The position numbers and the translations under genes are program-made. The notes beneath the pieces were generated by a model. It was not told the DNA's origin, ran no database searches, and saw nothing but the letters and a program-made list of their open reading frames with translations. Below, piece by piece: positions 29,980 to 38,676 of a stretch of DNA of 64,000 nt; position 1 is the stretch's first letter; the number at the start of each line of letters is the position of its first letter. The stretch covers positions 1-64,000 of the IMG/VR virus record IMGVR_UViG_3300010885_030180. One strand, written 5' to 3'. This DNA comes from a virus.

Positions 29980-30508
29980 GATACATCTCAGTTAAAATGG
30001 TTGTTAATGAAGGATCTATTTTAGAAAGCCATATATTATAACTTTTAAATTCTTTTTCTTGACCTAACGGTCGATATTGTGCATGTTTGTAATCAAATGC
30101 AATTAATTGCGATCCATTGTATGATAAATTTGATAATGATCCATTGCATTTGTTCATATCAAATTTACCAAAGCATTTATACATTTCTATAATATCCATG
30201 ACACTTGGTCTTTTGCCAGTTAATAACAATGATGGTTCATAATATTTTTGTATGATCTGTTGTTTAGACTCTATTACATCTACTAATTCTGGAACATACG
30301 GAGTATTTTTTAATACTGTTAACCAATGTATTTCATTATAAAATGCTTCTGTAATTTGTTCCGATGTTTGTTCATATGGATTGATTTGTCCTGACACTGT
30401 GGGCAAGACGCCATCATATGTGCGCCTGATCAATCCAGCAGCTTCATCTAACTCAACATGTACTAAAGTGTAATTAAATGCATTATTTTTAAATGGAACA
30501 AAATTCAT
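29957..30508 (-). CDS. protein-kinase-like fold protein (degenerate)
   Basis: F.NEI.WL..L....VPEL.D.......I.QKY and K.N....N........AFDY. Confidence 0.5.
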   Translation of the reverse strand: MNFVPFKNNAFNYTLVHVELDEAAGLIRRTYDGVLPTVSGQINPYEQTSEQITEAFYNEIHWLTVLKNTPYVPELVDVIESKQQIIQKYYEPSLLLTGKRPSVMDIIEMYKCFGKFDMNKCNGSLSNLSYNGSQLIAFDYKHAQYRPLGQEKEFKSYNIWLSKIDPSLTTILTEMYHDNKTEI

Positions 30509-31206
30509 TTTTTAAATAATCCTATAAAGAATCCACCTATATCCCATTTACCAAACTTCCATAAACTAGGATTATTATGATGGTTTAAATGATAACCTTC
30601 TCCCCATACAAGAAGTATTAGAGGTAAATCATTATGTACCGTCTCGTTCCTGTGAGATAAGGAAACTATAGACGACCCTGTGTTCCAGAGAATAGCTGCC
30701 GGGACTAACCAAGCATATATAACTGAAAATGGACTGCACATAAAAAGTATAGCAGCGTAGACTAAATTAATTTCAAAATAAAATTTATGTTGAAACAAGA
30801 AAAACTTATCTTTGAGCAATCTAGCAGCAAATTTTAATTTCACTGTAGAGAACATACTCAAATAATGTGCTCTAAACCAACCTTTATAAATAGGACTGTG
30901 CGGATCATCCTTGGTATCAGAATATGCATGATGCTGCCTGTGAACCGACACCCAACTGATTGCAGAGCCAGTTAGTCCTATTGTAGCAAATAATGTAAAC
31001 AAATATTTTAATGATTTATTTACTTCCCATGAGTTATGAGATAGTAATCGGTGATAAGTCATCGTCATACCAAAACATCCTGATAAAAAATAAACAAATA
31101 TAGATATCCCCCATTGCCACCAAGTAGCATACAATATCATAGGTATAATAGACAAGTGTGCTATTATTTGAAATGATAGTAGAGTATACGGTGTCTTAGG
31201 GATCAT
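30505..31206 (-). CDS. delta-9-type fatty acid desaturase
   Basis: His boxes HRLLSH, HRQHH (SDT..DPHSP) and GEGYH.NHH; hydrophobic. Start ATG 31206 overlaps the upstream TAA. Confidence 0.92.
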   Translation of the reverse strand: MIPKTPYTLLSFQIIAHLSIIPMILYATWWQWGISIFVYFLSGCFGMTMTYHRLLSHNSWEVNKSLKYLFTLFATIGLTGSAISWVSVHRQHHAYSDTKDDPHSPIYKGWFRAHYLSMFSTVKLKFAARLLKDKFFLFQHKFYFEINLVYAAILFMCSPFSVIYAWLVPAAILWNTGSSIVSLSHRNETVHNDLPLILLVWGEGYHLNHHNNPSLWKFGKWDIGGFFIGLFKK

Positions 31207-31994
31207 TAGTATTTCCAATCTTTTCTAATTTGTGTTGCACTGATATTTATAATAGCTTCATCAAACGATTCTTGTTCAATCTTGTAACCAACATCACGCC
31301 CATAGGTAATATTTACAATGTTAGGCACTGTTTGAATTTCATATTGCCCTTGAAATAGTGGATCTAAGTCTCTGCGTATGTATTTTTTTACTTGTTCAAT
31401 AGCAAATGGATTTGAATCATTCCAACCCTGGCAATCACGTATCTGTATTATTACCTGTCCTGTTTTAGCAATAGCTCGTTCAAATAATGCACGATGCCCA
31501 TCATGCCATGGTTGCCAACGACCTAGCATCTGTACTGTTTCTTTCTTCCAGTCAAACACAGGGCGGCGTTGATTAAGTTTTAAATGAAAGCCAATAAATT
31601 CACTCCATTTTTCAGCATCTTGTTCGTTAACACGAAAATCATATAATTCAGGTTCAGTAAACATTTTGTTGGTGTCAGCATAACGACCTTCACGAATGGT
31701 GTCTACCCATATAGTCCAATCTGCGTTGTAGTTGTTACGCATTTCAACTAATGGTGCTACAAAATCTGCAATAACAAACTCACTTTCTGTCTTAGTAGAC
31801 AATTCATACATACGCTTGCTTTGACGGATGCGACCTTCTTGACTAAAGTCCCAATCATTATATTCTTTACGCACCTCGTCGGCATTAAGCCAAGTTACTG
31901 TTTTAAAGTTATTAAGCAAAAACTCTGCCAGTTTTGCTGCTAATGTTGTTTTACCTGCCCCGGGTAACCCCATAATTAATATTCGTGTTGCCAT
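31206..31994 (-). CDS. adenylylsulfate kinase (CysC-like) fused to HxGH nucleotidyltransferase domain
   Basis: GLPGAGKTT, NAD.VR....DWDFS.EGR.RQ..R then GRWQPWHDGH...ISAT.IR. Confidence 0.8.
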   Translation of the reverse strand: MATRILIMGLPGAGKTTLAAKLAEFLLNNFKTVTWLNADEVRKEYNDWDFSQEGRIRQSKRMYELSTKTESEFVIADFVAPLVEMRNNYNADWTIWVDTIREGRYADTNKMFTEPELYDFRVNEQDAEKWSEFIGFHLKLNQRRPVFDWKKETVQMLGRWQPWHDGHRALFERAIAKTGQVIIQIRDCQGWNDSNPFAIEQVKKYIRRDLDPLFQGQYEIQTVPNIVNITYGRDVGYKIEQESFDEAIINISATQIRKDWKY

Positions 31995-32002
31995 GATAAA
32001 AC

Positions 32003-32031
32003 TATTTATAGGAACACATAACTGTTAAATA
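32003..32031. promoter_or_regulatory. divergent late promoters
   Basis: TATAAATA on minus strand (32003-10) and TAAATA on plus strand (32026-31). Confidence 0.55.
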
Positions 32032-32036
32032 ACAAT

Positions 32037-32366
32037 ATGATTACTATAACCTCCACAGCAATGTACAAGATCAAAGACATTATCGCTGAAGAAAATAACC
32101 CAAAAATTAAACTTAGAACCTTTGTCCAAGGTGGCGGGTGCTCAGGAATGAGTTACGGCTTTACATTAGATGAAGAACGAAACGAAGACGACTTTGTAAT
32201 TGAAAACACAGATGGATTAATACTAATTGATAGTATGAGTATGCAATATCTTCGTGGTTCTACTATTGATTATAGAGATGATATTATGGGTAGCAGCTTT
32301 GTAGTTAGCAATCCAAATGCTGAGACTAGTTGTGGATGTGGCAGTAGTTTTAGTGTTTCGGAATAG
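32037..32366 (+). CDS. erpA: A-type Fe-S cluster carrier (ErpA/IscA/HesB)
   Basis: [38 protein letters not shown]. Confidence 0.93.
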   Translation: MITITSTAMYKIKDIIAEENNPKIKLRTFVQGGGCSGMSYGFTLDEERNEDDFVIENTDGLILIDSMSMQYLRGSTIDYRDDIMGSSFVVSNPNAETSCGCGSSFSVSE

Positions 32367-32380
32367 TTGGTAAATGCAGG

Positions 32381-32409
32381 TTGACAGAGTTGGTAAAATG
32401 CAGTATAAT
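32381..32409 (+). promoter_or_regulatory. perfect sigma70 consensus promoter for the ligase operon
   Basis: TTGACA(32381-86)-17 nt-TATAAT(32404-09). Confidence 0.9.
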
Positions 32410-32442
32410 TAACGCATACAAAAACTTTTGCGGAACTAATAT

Positions 32443-33756
32443 ATGAGCAATTGCGACAGCATTATCCGAATTCTAGAAGATCATCCAGGACGTTTGGAAA
32501 AAGAAGGAATCTTAGATTCTGAGGCCAAATTTGATAACACAGAGCTGTTTGAAGGTCTGCGTATGTGCTACGATCCTCTTGTTACATTTGGTGTTAAAAA
32601 AGTACCTACACACAGTGGTCCGGATGGACAAGGACTCCCCTGGGTTGCATTTAAAGAACTGGCACACCTGTTGTCTACACGACAACTGACAGGACATGAT
32701 GCCCGTGATGCAATTGAATTGGCATTAGCAGCTAGTACACAACGACAATGGAACGATTGGTATCGTCGTATCCTTATCAAAGATATGCGAGCAGGATTTA
32801 CCGAAGGCACAGTAAATCGAGTTTGTAAGAAAGCCTATCCACAATTCACTATTCCAGTATTTGAATGCATGTTAGCACATGATGGTGCTAAACATGAGAA
32901 AAAGATTGTAGGTAAAAAACTTTTAGAACCCAAGTTGGACGGTGTCCGTGTTATTACTGTAGTCAATGCAGAAAATAAGACTGCGGTCATGTACAGCCGT
33001 AATGGTACATTGCTAGAAAACTTTAGCCATATCACAAAAGCCATCGAAGCCAAGATTGAACTGTTTGATCGCAGTTGTATCATTGATGGCGAAATGGTCA
33101 GTTCCAGCTTCCAAGCCTTAATGAAACAAGTACATCGTAAAAGCGATGTTGATAGCAACGACGCACGCCTGATGGTGTTTGATATGCTGCCACTAAGTGA
33201 ATTCCAACGTGGTGAAAGCAGCCTGGGTCAGCGCCGTCGCAGCAATGCTCTCCGTGCAATGAAATCTGTATTTGATCAAGTTGGATATTTAGACATCATT
33301 CCACAAAAGGAAGTAGATCTGGATAGTTATGTTGGTGAGTTGGAATTCAAAGAATACAACAAAGAAGCTATTGAAGCTGGGTTTGAAGGCATTATGATCA
33401 AAAGCGTTGATGCTCCATATGAGTGCAAACGTAGTGTCAGTTGGCTCAAGATGAAACCGTTTATTGAAGTATCATTGGAGATTACAGATGTTGAAGAAGG
33501 TACTGGAAAGAACGTGGGACGACTTGGAGCTCTTGTTTGCTCCGGTAATGACGACGGTAGAGATATACGAGTCAATGTTGGTGGTGGGTTTAGCGATGCT
33601 GATCGAATTGAGTTTTGGGATAATCGTGCTAACTTGCCTGGTCAAATTGTTGAAGTGAGAGCAGATGCTATTACACAAAATCAAGACGGCACTTATAGCC
33701 TGCGCTTTCCGCGTTTTCTACAATTTCGTGGCTTTGCAGCAGGCGAAAAGATTTAA
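32443..33756 (+). CDS. lig: ATP-dependent DNA ligase
   Basis: EPKLDGVR (adenylated Lys), SRNG, IDGE, FD, EGIMIK, WLKMK, SLRFPRF. Confidence 0.95.
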   Translation: MSNCDSIIRILEDHPGRLEKEGILDSEAKFDNTELFEGLRMCYDPLVTFGVKKVPTHSGPDGQGLPWVAFKELAHLLSTRQLTGHDARDAIELALAASTQRQWNDWYRRILIKDMRAGFTEGTVNRVCKKAYPQFTIPVFECMLAHDGAKHEKKIVGKKLLEPKLDGVRVITVVNAENKTAVMYSRNGTLLENFSHITKAIEAKIELFDRSCIIDGEMVSSSFQALMKQVHRKSDVDSNDARLMVFDMLPLSEFQRGESSLGQRRRSNALRAMKSVFDQVGYLDIIPQKEVDLDSYVGELEFKEYNKEAIEAGFEGIMIKSVDAPYECKRSVSWLKMKPFIEVSLEITDVEEGTGKNVGRLGALVCSGNDDGRDIRVNVGGGFSDADRIEFWDNRANLPGQIVEVRADAITQNQDGTYSLRFPRFLQFRGFAAGEKI

Positions 33757-33757
33757 T

Positions 33758-34000
33758 ATGGAAAAAGCAGCATTAAAAGATTTGCTATATGGCGGTATAA
33801 CAGAATTAATGAATAATAAAGATTTTTATTATCAAAGCTCTGTTGGACCTGACTACAGTTACTGGACTAAACAAGGTATAGAAGTTGTATTAGAATACAT
33901 TAAGTTTATGTCTGGTCATATGCAGGTAGCAGAAAAAAACAATTTAGATAAACGTGCCAAAGATATGGTAATCAAAGGTTTAAAAGGAGAAACAGTTTAA
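33758..34000 (+). CDS. hypothetical phage protein
   Basis: [13 protein letters not shown]... begins 1 nt after the ligase stop; the track start at 33665 overlaps the ligase. Confidence 0.65.
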   Translation: MEKAALKDLLYGGITELMNNKDFYYQSSVGPDYSYWTKQGIEVVLEYIKFMSGHMQVAEKNNLDKRAKDMVIKGLKGETV

Positions 34001-34001
34001 A

Positions 34002-34217
34002 ATGAAAGAAGATTTAATCACTTCTGACGGAGTGGTAGAAGAAGTATTACCCAACGCAATGTTTAGGGTAAAAATGGCTCAAGGGCCAGTAGTATTAGGA
34101 CACATCTCAGGTAAGATGCGTCAACACAAAATACAAATCTTAGCAGGTGATCGTGTTAAGATTGAGATGAGCCCTTACGATCTTACAAAGTGCCGGATTA
34201 CCTATAGAGAACGGTAA
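34002..34217 (+). CDS. infA: translation initiation factor IF-1
   Basis: [16 protein letters not shown]......[10 protein letters not shown]...I.IL.GD.V..E.SPYDLTK.RITYR. Confidence 0.96.
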   Translation: MKEDLITSDGVVEEVLPNAMFRVKMAQGPVVLGHISGKMRQHKIQILAGDRVKIEMSPYDLTKCRITYRER

Positions 34218-35127
34218 TGGATTCTCTTATTTCTGTCTTGGTCACAATATTAAATTCGCTTAAACTGCTGATTATTTCAAAGTCTGTCATATTTAAAAAT
34301 CCACTATCATTGCGATTTATACTAGCTACTGGAATTAATCCTAAGGATAATTTCTTATCATAAAATAATCCTAAACTTTCAAAAAATTCTTTTCTTTTGT
34401 CATATTGCATTTTAACCCACTGCATTGTTCTATTAAATTCATCTTCTCCCATTGTGGGAGAAAATTGAATTTGTAAATCAGCACTATAATATTGCAATGG
34501 TCGGATATTACTATCCCCTATATGCTCATCTTGGTCTCGCAATACATCTAGTATTGGTTTACCAAGTTCACAATAATTAATGTAAACTGTACCAAACACA
34601 GATTTCAGTGTAAAATGATCATAATCCTCATCAATTAACTCGTATCGATTTCTCTCACCGAACACAACAACTAATTTAGAGTCAGGATGAATTTTATTCA
34701 TAGCAATATTTTTAACATAACTTTCAAATTCGTGTATCATTATGTTAAATCTTAGAATTGCTTTCTGTACTTCCTGTGGAGAATTTTTGTAAAACTCAGT
34801 TGGATTGTCAACTGTTCCTATTAAGTCTTCAAATAATTTATGTAGAATGTTTAATAAACTCTGATTTACTTGCTCTATATTGAAAAAGAATGGAACAACA
34901 GTTGGAGCATATTCATCTACTATTTTAAGCTGTTTATTCAACTCGGTTACATAATAGTTACTGTCTTTTTTGCTATTTGGCCAATTTACAAATCGATCAT
35001 TATTGCATATTGAGTAATTTTTACTTACCTCAATTGTCCATTTTTTTGCAATGTTAGTATTAAATATATCAAAGTATAAATCTTTGTGATTTAACTTGTT
35101 AGCTAGTGTTAATATAAATTGTGACAT
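34198..35127 (-). CDS. hypothetical phage protein
   Basis: ORF of about 309 aa. Start refined to MSQFIL (35127) because the track start crosses a terminator. Confidence 0.65.
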   Translation of the reverse strand: MSQFILTLANKLNHKDLYFDIFNTNIAKKWTIEVSKNYSICNNDRFVNWPNSKKDSNYYVTELNKQLKIVDEYAPTVVPFFFNIEQVNQSLLNILHKLFEDLIGTVDNPTEFYKNSPQEVQKAILRFNIMIHEFESYVKNIAMNKIHPDSKLVVVFGERNRYELIDEDYDHFTLKSVFGTVYINYCELGKPILDVLRDQDEHIGDSNIRPLQYYSADLQIQFSPTMGEDEFNRTMQWVKMQYDKRKEFFESLGLFYDKKLSLGLIPVASINRNDSGFLNMTDFEIISSLSEFNIVTKTEIRESITVLYR

Positions 35128-35144
35128 GTAGTTCAAATGATTAT

Positions 35145-35171
35145 AAGAAAGCCCCGTAAGGGGCTTTTCTT
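35145..35171 (-). terminator. intrinsic terminator (likely bidirectional)
   Basis: AAAGCCCC-GTAA-GGGGCTTT hairpin with A/T tails on both sides, immediately after the HNH stop. Confidence 0.8.
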
Positions 35172-35681
35172 TTATTCCAAGTACGCTGCCCAACTTGGGT
35201 GACGTAGATCAAACTTCATCTTCTTCCGCTTGTCTACCAATTGGAAGTATGTAGGCTTCATTGGCTTGACCTTAGGAACAATCTTCTTGTCGTTACCCTT
35301 GTTGGCATTACACCGAGCACAAGCACAGCAAGTGTTTTCAAAAGTAGTTCTACCTCCCAAGCTAACTGGTAATACGTGATCCAATGTAGCAGTTCTACCT
35401 GTTACAGAATCACCGCAGTATTGGCAAGCATACATATCCCGTAGGAATACATTCTGCTTAGAGAAACGCACACCAGTCTTCTTCTTTTGGTATTCCTTAA
35501 GAATCATAACAGCAGGCACAGGAGTTTCCCATGTTGCGCTGTGAACAATCCAGTCGTCGTACCATTCTAGAACCGTGGCTTTATCCGACACCATTTTCTG
35601 GATCGCTTCTTCCCATGAGATAACACTCAGTGGGATTACGGAGATAGGTGATGCGTCGGCATTAAGTAACAGGCAGTTCAT
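35172..35681 (-). CDS. HNH endonuclease (McrA-like, zinc-binding)
   Basis: LLLNAD..P, NVFLRD...CQYCG, TLDHV.P.S.GG, N....C..CN..K. Confidence 0.92.
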   Translation of the reverse strand: MNCLLLNADASPISVIPLSVISWEEAIQKMVSDKATVLEWYDDWIVHSATWETPVPAVMILKEYQKKKTGVRFSKQNVFLRDMYACQYCGDSVTGRTATLDHVLPVSLGGRTTFENTCCACARCNANKGNDKKIVPKVKPMKPTYFQLVDKRKKMKFDLRHPSWAAYLE

Positions 35682-35688
35682 GATAGTG

Positions 35689-35742
35689 TATTTATACGGT
35701 TAAACTAACACATATTATAACATGATTTGGTAAAAAAAGCAA
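35689..35742 (-). promoter_or_regulatory. tandem sigma70 and late promoters for the HNH gene
   Basis: TTGCTT(35742-37)-17 nt-TATAAT(35719-14) with TGn, plus TATAAATA at 35696-89. Confidence 0.65.
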
Positions 35743-35788
35743 CCTAAATATATAATTCCATAATATCAATAAACAAATAAATACCTAC

Positions 35789-36103
35789 ATGAAATACGAA
35801 AACTACCTATTTAAAATGCTTGAAAATCAGTCCAATCGAATGGGATCTACAAACGATCCTGCGGATCATGTATCCATGGACATTCCATTGTTAATTAGAT
35901 TGTTTGAATTGGTGAGAGAAGATGTAAAAACGGATGTAGACCTACATTTTGTTGTGGAAAAAATTATAGCATTAAAGAACAAAGGTACGTTGTCCATGGA
36001 TGATTATACAGAAATTGCCAGTGGAAACAGAAGCGGAGATTCAGGACAAGAACCTAAGATGGATCCGGAGTTAGAATCAATTAGAAAATTAGCAGGAATT
36101 TAA
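35789..36103 (+). CDS. hypothetical phage protein
   Basis: 104 aa, D.VSMDIPLLIRL.E..RED...D.DLH, ends IRKLAGI, TAAATA upstream. Confidence 0.7.
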   Translation: MKYENYLFKMLENQSNRMGSTNDPADHVSMDIPLLIRLFELVREDVKTDVDLHFVVEKIIALKNKGTLSMDDYTEIASGNRSGDSGQEPKMDPELESIRKLAGI

Positions 36104-36104
36104 C

Positions 36105-37325
36105 ATGACTTTTCAATATATCAATACCGGATCAGGTGCCAACGCAGGCGACGGTGACAGCATTCGAGCAGCATTCACCAAGGTTAATAATAATTTTGAA
36201 CAGCTTGAAATGGGCTATGCAGGTAGCGGAGGATTTGGCCCTGGATATACTGGTAGTCGCGGTTATATTGGATATGCAGGTAGCTCAGGCGCATATGCCG
36301 GAGTTGGTTATACCGGCAGCTTTGGTAATATAGGATATACTGGTAGCAGAGGAGTTGGTTATACTGGCAGTACTGGTACTATAGGATATACTGGTAGTAT
36401 AGGAGTTGGTTATACTGGATCAACAGGTACAGCAGCAACCATTGCCGTTGGTGCAGTTACAATTAGTACCTCCACCGCAAGTGTTACCAATGTTGGTACT
36501 GTATATAATGGGATATTTGATTTTGTTTTACAAAGAGGCGACTTAGGCTATACTGGCTCAATTGGTAATACAGGAACCGGGTATACTGGATCTACTGGAA
36601 CAACTGGGACAGCAGCAACTATTGCCGTTGGTACAGTCACAATTAGTACTTCTACTGCAAGTGTTACTAACGTTGGTACTGTATATAATGGGATATTTGA
36701 TTTTGTTTTACAAAGAGGTACTTTAGGATATACTGGCTCATCAGGACTTGCAACAACATCAACACTAATTAATGATACTGCTACACTTACATTGAGTACA
36801 AGTGGTAGTTTAACATTTACAGATAATACTGTTCAGACTACAGCATTTACTGGAACCATTGCTTATAGTAACATAACTAATGTTCCAGTACTTTCTACAT
36901 CAACCTTAATTAATGGTTCCTACACTGCAATTCTTGGAACAACTGGTAAATTAACAGCAATTGCTGCGGATGGTACCACAACAAGTGTCTCTTCAAACCT
37001 TGGTTATGTTGGAATACCACAAAATACAATATCAACTAGCTATACTCTAACATTAGCTGATCAAGGAAAACAAGTTTATATAAACTCTCCTGGACAAACA
37101 ATTACAATTCCTGCTAATACTAGTTCATCGTTTCCAATAGGTGCATCAATGGCAATTATTGCCGGACCAAATGCCACCTCAGTTAATATTGCTATTAATA
37201 GTGATACCATGTATGTAGGTGGTGATGGATCAACAGGCACTAGAACATTAGATGCATTTGGTATGGCCACTGTAGTTAAAGTATCAAATACCGAATGGTT
37301 TATTAGCGGCGCCGGATTAGCATAA
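36105..37325 (+). CDS. fibre-like virion protein with GYTGS collagen-like tracts
   Basis: N-terminal INTG..ANAG.GD.IR.AF.K.N.NF anchor motif, Gly-X-Y repeats, a duplicated 60-aa unit, C-terminal YTL.L.D.GK domain. Confidence 0.75.
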   Translation: MTFQYINTGSGANAGDGDSIRAAFTKVNNNFEQLEMGYAGSGGFGPGYTGSRGYIGYAGSSGAYAGVGYTGSFGNIGYTGSRGVGYTGSTGTIGYTGSIGVGYTGSTGTAATIAVGAVTISTSTASVTNVGTVYNGIFDFVLQRGDLGYTGSIGNTGTGYTGSTGTTGTAATIAVGTVTISTSTASVTNVGTVYNGIFDFVLQRGTLGYTGSSGLATTSTLINDTATLTLSTSGSLTFTDNTVQTTAFTGTIAYSNITNVPVLSTSTLINGSYTAILGTTGKLTAIAADGTTTSVSSNLGYVGIPQNTISTSYTLTLADQGKQVYINSPGQTITIPANTSSSFPIGASMAIIAGPNATSVNIAINSDTMYVGGDGSTGTRTLDAFGMATVVKVSNTEWFISGAGLA

Positions 37326-37326
37326 T

Positions 37327-38052
37327 ATGTCTGGAATAATGTTGCACTATATGTCCACGGCGATGTCCCGCAGTACATTACCGCTTGGATTGGTATTAAA
37401 TCTTGATGCAGGTAACATTGCAAGTTATCCAGGAACAGGAACAACCTGGTATGATTTATCTAAAAAACATCATAATGCTACATTGGTCGGACCTGCATTT
37501 ATTGATAACTCATTTGATTTTAACGGATCAACTGATTATGTAGATGTTGGTTCTGTTACTGAGATAGGTGCTTCTTCAACAGCACTAACTGTAGAAGTAT
37601 GGTTTAAACCTGATGTAACTACCAGTAAATCAATAATACAAAATGGTAGCGACTACTTTAGAAATACCTATTATCTATGGCAACATAGTCCAACTGAATT
37701 AGTATTTGCAGTATATGGCGGAAGTAATTATGATGCAGTAACATTTACAGATGGTACTGACTTTCAAGTAGGTACTTGGTATCATCTAGTTGGAGTTTGG
37801 GAATCAGGTAAAAGAGTAAAATTATATAGAAATGCAGATGCTAGTGCTAATATGTCCTGGACACTAGGTACACAACAAAGTATAATACAGAATTCTGTAG
37901 TCAACGGGGATACTAACACTATTATTGGAAAGCGAGTAAACGATTACTTCTTTAATGGCAATATACCTGTGGTGAGATTATACAATAGAGCACTAACAGC
38001 AATTCAGGTACAACAAAATTTTGATCTCGACCGAGTAAGGTTTGGACTATAA
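37327..38052 (+). CDS. LamG/concanavalin-A-like domain virion protein
   Basis: GLVLNLDAGN..SYPGTGTTWYDLS, FNG..DYV, TVEVW.K, WYHLVGV, RLYNRAL...V.QNF. Confidence 0.85.
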   Translation: MSGIMLHYMSTAMSRSTLPLGLVLNLDAGNIASYPGTGTTWYDLSKKHHNATLVGPAFIDNSFDFNGSTDYVDVGSVTEIGASSTALTVEVWFKPDVTTSKSIIQNGSDYFRNTYYLWQHSPTELVFAVYGGSNYDAVTFTDGTDFQVGTWYHLVGVWESGKRVKLYRNADASANMSWTLGTQQSIIQNSVVNGDTNTIIGKRVNDYFFNGNIPVVRLYNRALTAIQVQQNFDLDRVRFGL

Positions 38053-38112
38053 GTTGTTCTAACTAAATAACAATGTGCAGGGACAATACAGGCCCGCCAA
38101 AAAGGAAATTTT

Positions 38113-38406
38113 ATGTTAACAAAACAAACCGGCCCTTCTCAAGTAGTTGTTGCATCTACTGTTACTACTACAACAGCAACCGTAACCCTTACTACATTTG
38201 ATGGATCTATTCCTCGAAAAGTTCGTGTAGCGGTCTCAAATGCACCAATACTAATCGACATTAGTACTCTTACTAATGAATGCAAAATAATGGTACCAGT
38301 ATTAGGTATTGAACATTTTACATTAGTTAATACTACTACTGTTTCTTATAGTGCAGTAATTGGGCAGACTGCAAATTCCATAATCTCATTTACACCGGTT
38401 GCATAA
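38113..38406 (+). CDS. hypothetical protein
   Basis: 97 aa, AAGGA Shine-Dalgarno, CTAAATA late motif near 38063. Confidence 0.6.
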   Translation: MLTKQTGPSQVVVASTVTTTTATVTLTTFDGSIPRKVRVAVSNAPILIDISTLTNECKIMVPVLGIEHFTLVNTTTVSYSAVIGQTANSIISFTPVA

Positions 38407-38651
38407 TGCGAGCAAGAGAATTTACCATTAACATTCCCATTAATATTAAAATTAATGGCGACGGCGAACCTGAGATTGATATGGGTCAAGATGCTCCTAT
38501 AGATCCAAGCGAGCCAAAACAAGATCCTGTAATGGTTCCTCCACTACAGCAGCAAATAGAACTACAAAAAGCAGATGTTGGCAAGATTAGCCCAATCATT
38601 AAAGATCTTACACAAGACGAAGTAGATCCAGAAACTAAGCAGTTGCCTTAA
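38406..38651 (+). CDS. hypothetical protein
   Basis: MRAREF...MVPPLQQQIEL.K, coupled by TAATG. Confidence 0.65.
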   Translation: MRAREFTINIPINIKINGDGEPEIDMGQDAPIDPSEPKQDPVMVPPLQQQIELQKADVGKISPIIKDLTQDEVDPETKQLP

Positions 38652-38676
38652 CTGCATCTAAGGGAGTAAGACCCAG

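Noticed and set aside
8475-31994. Assigning the island definitively to DNA hypermodification
   Set aside because: No dNMP hydroxymethylase, recognisable TET/JBP, amino-acid:DNA transferase or queuosine-pathway gene is in the window, and the context is late/structural. Kept only as an alternative hypothesis.
33665-33757. Track-predicted N-terminal extension of the ORF after the ligase (similar over-extensions at 9652, 27223, 26101, 35193)
   Set aside because: They overlap neighbouring genes, promoters or a terminator. Downstream ATGs fit the packing and coupling better.
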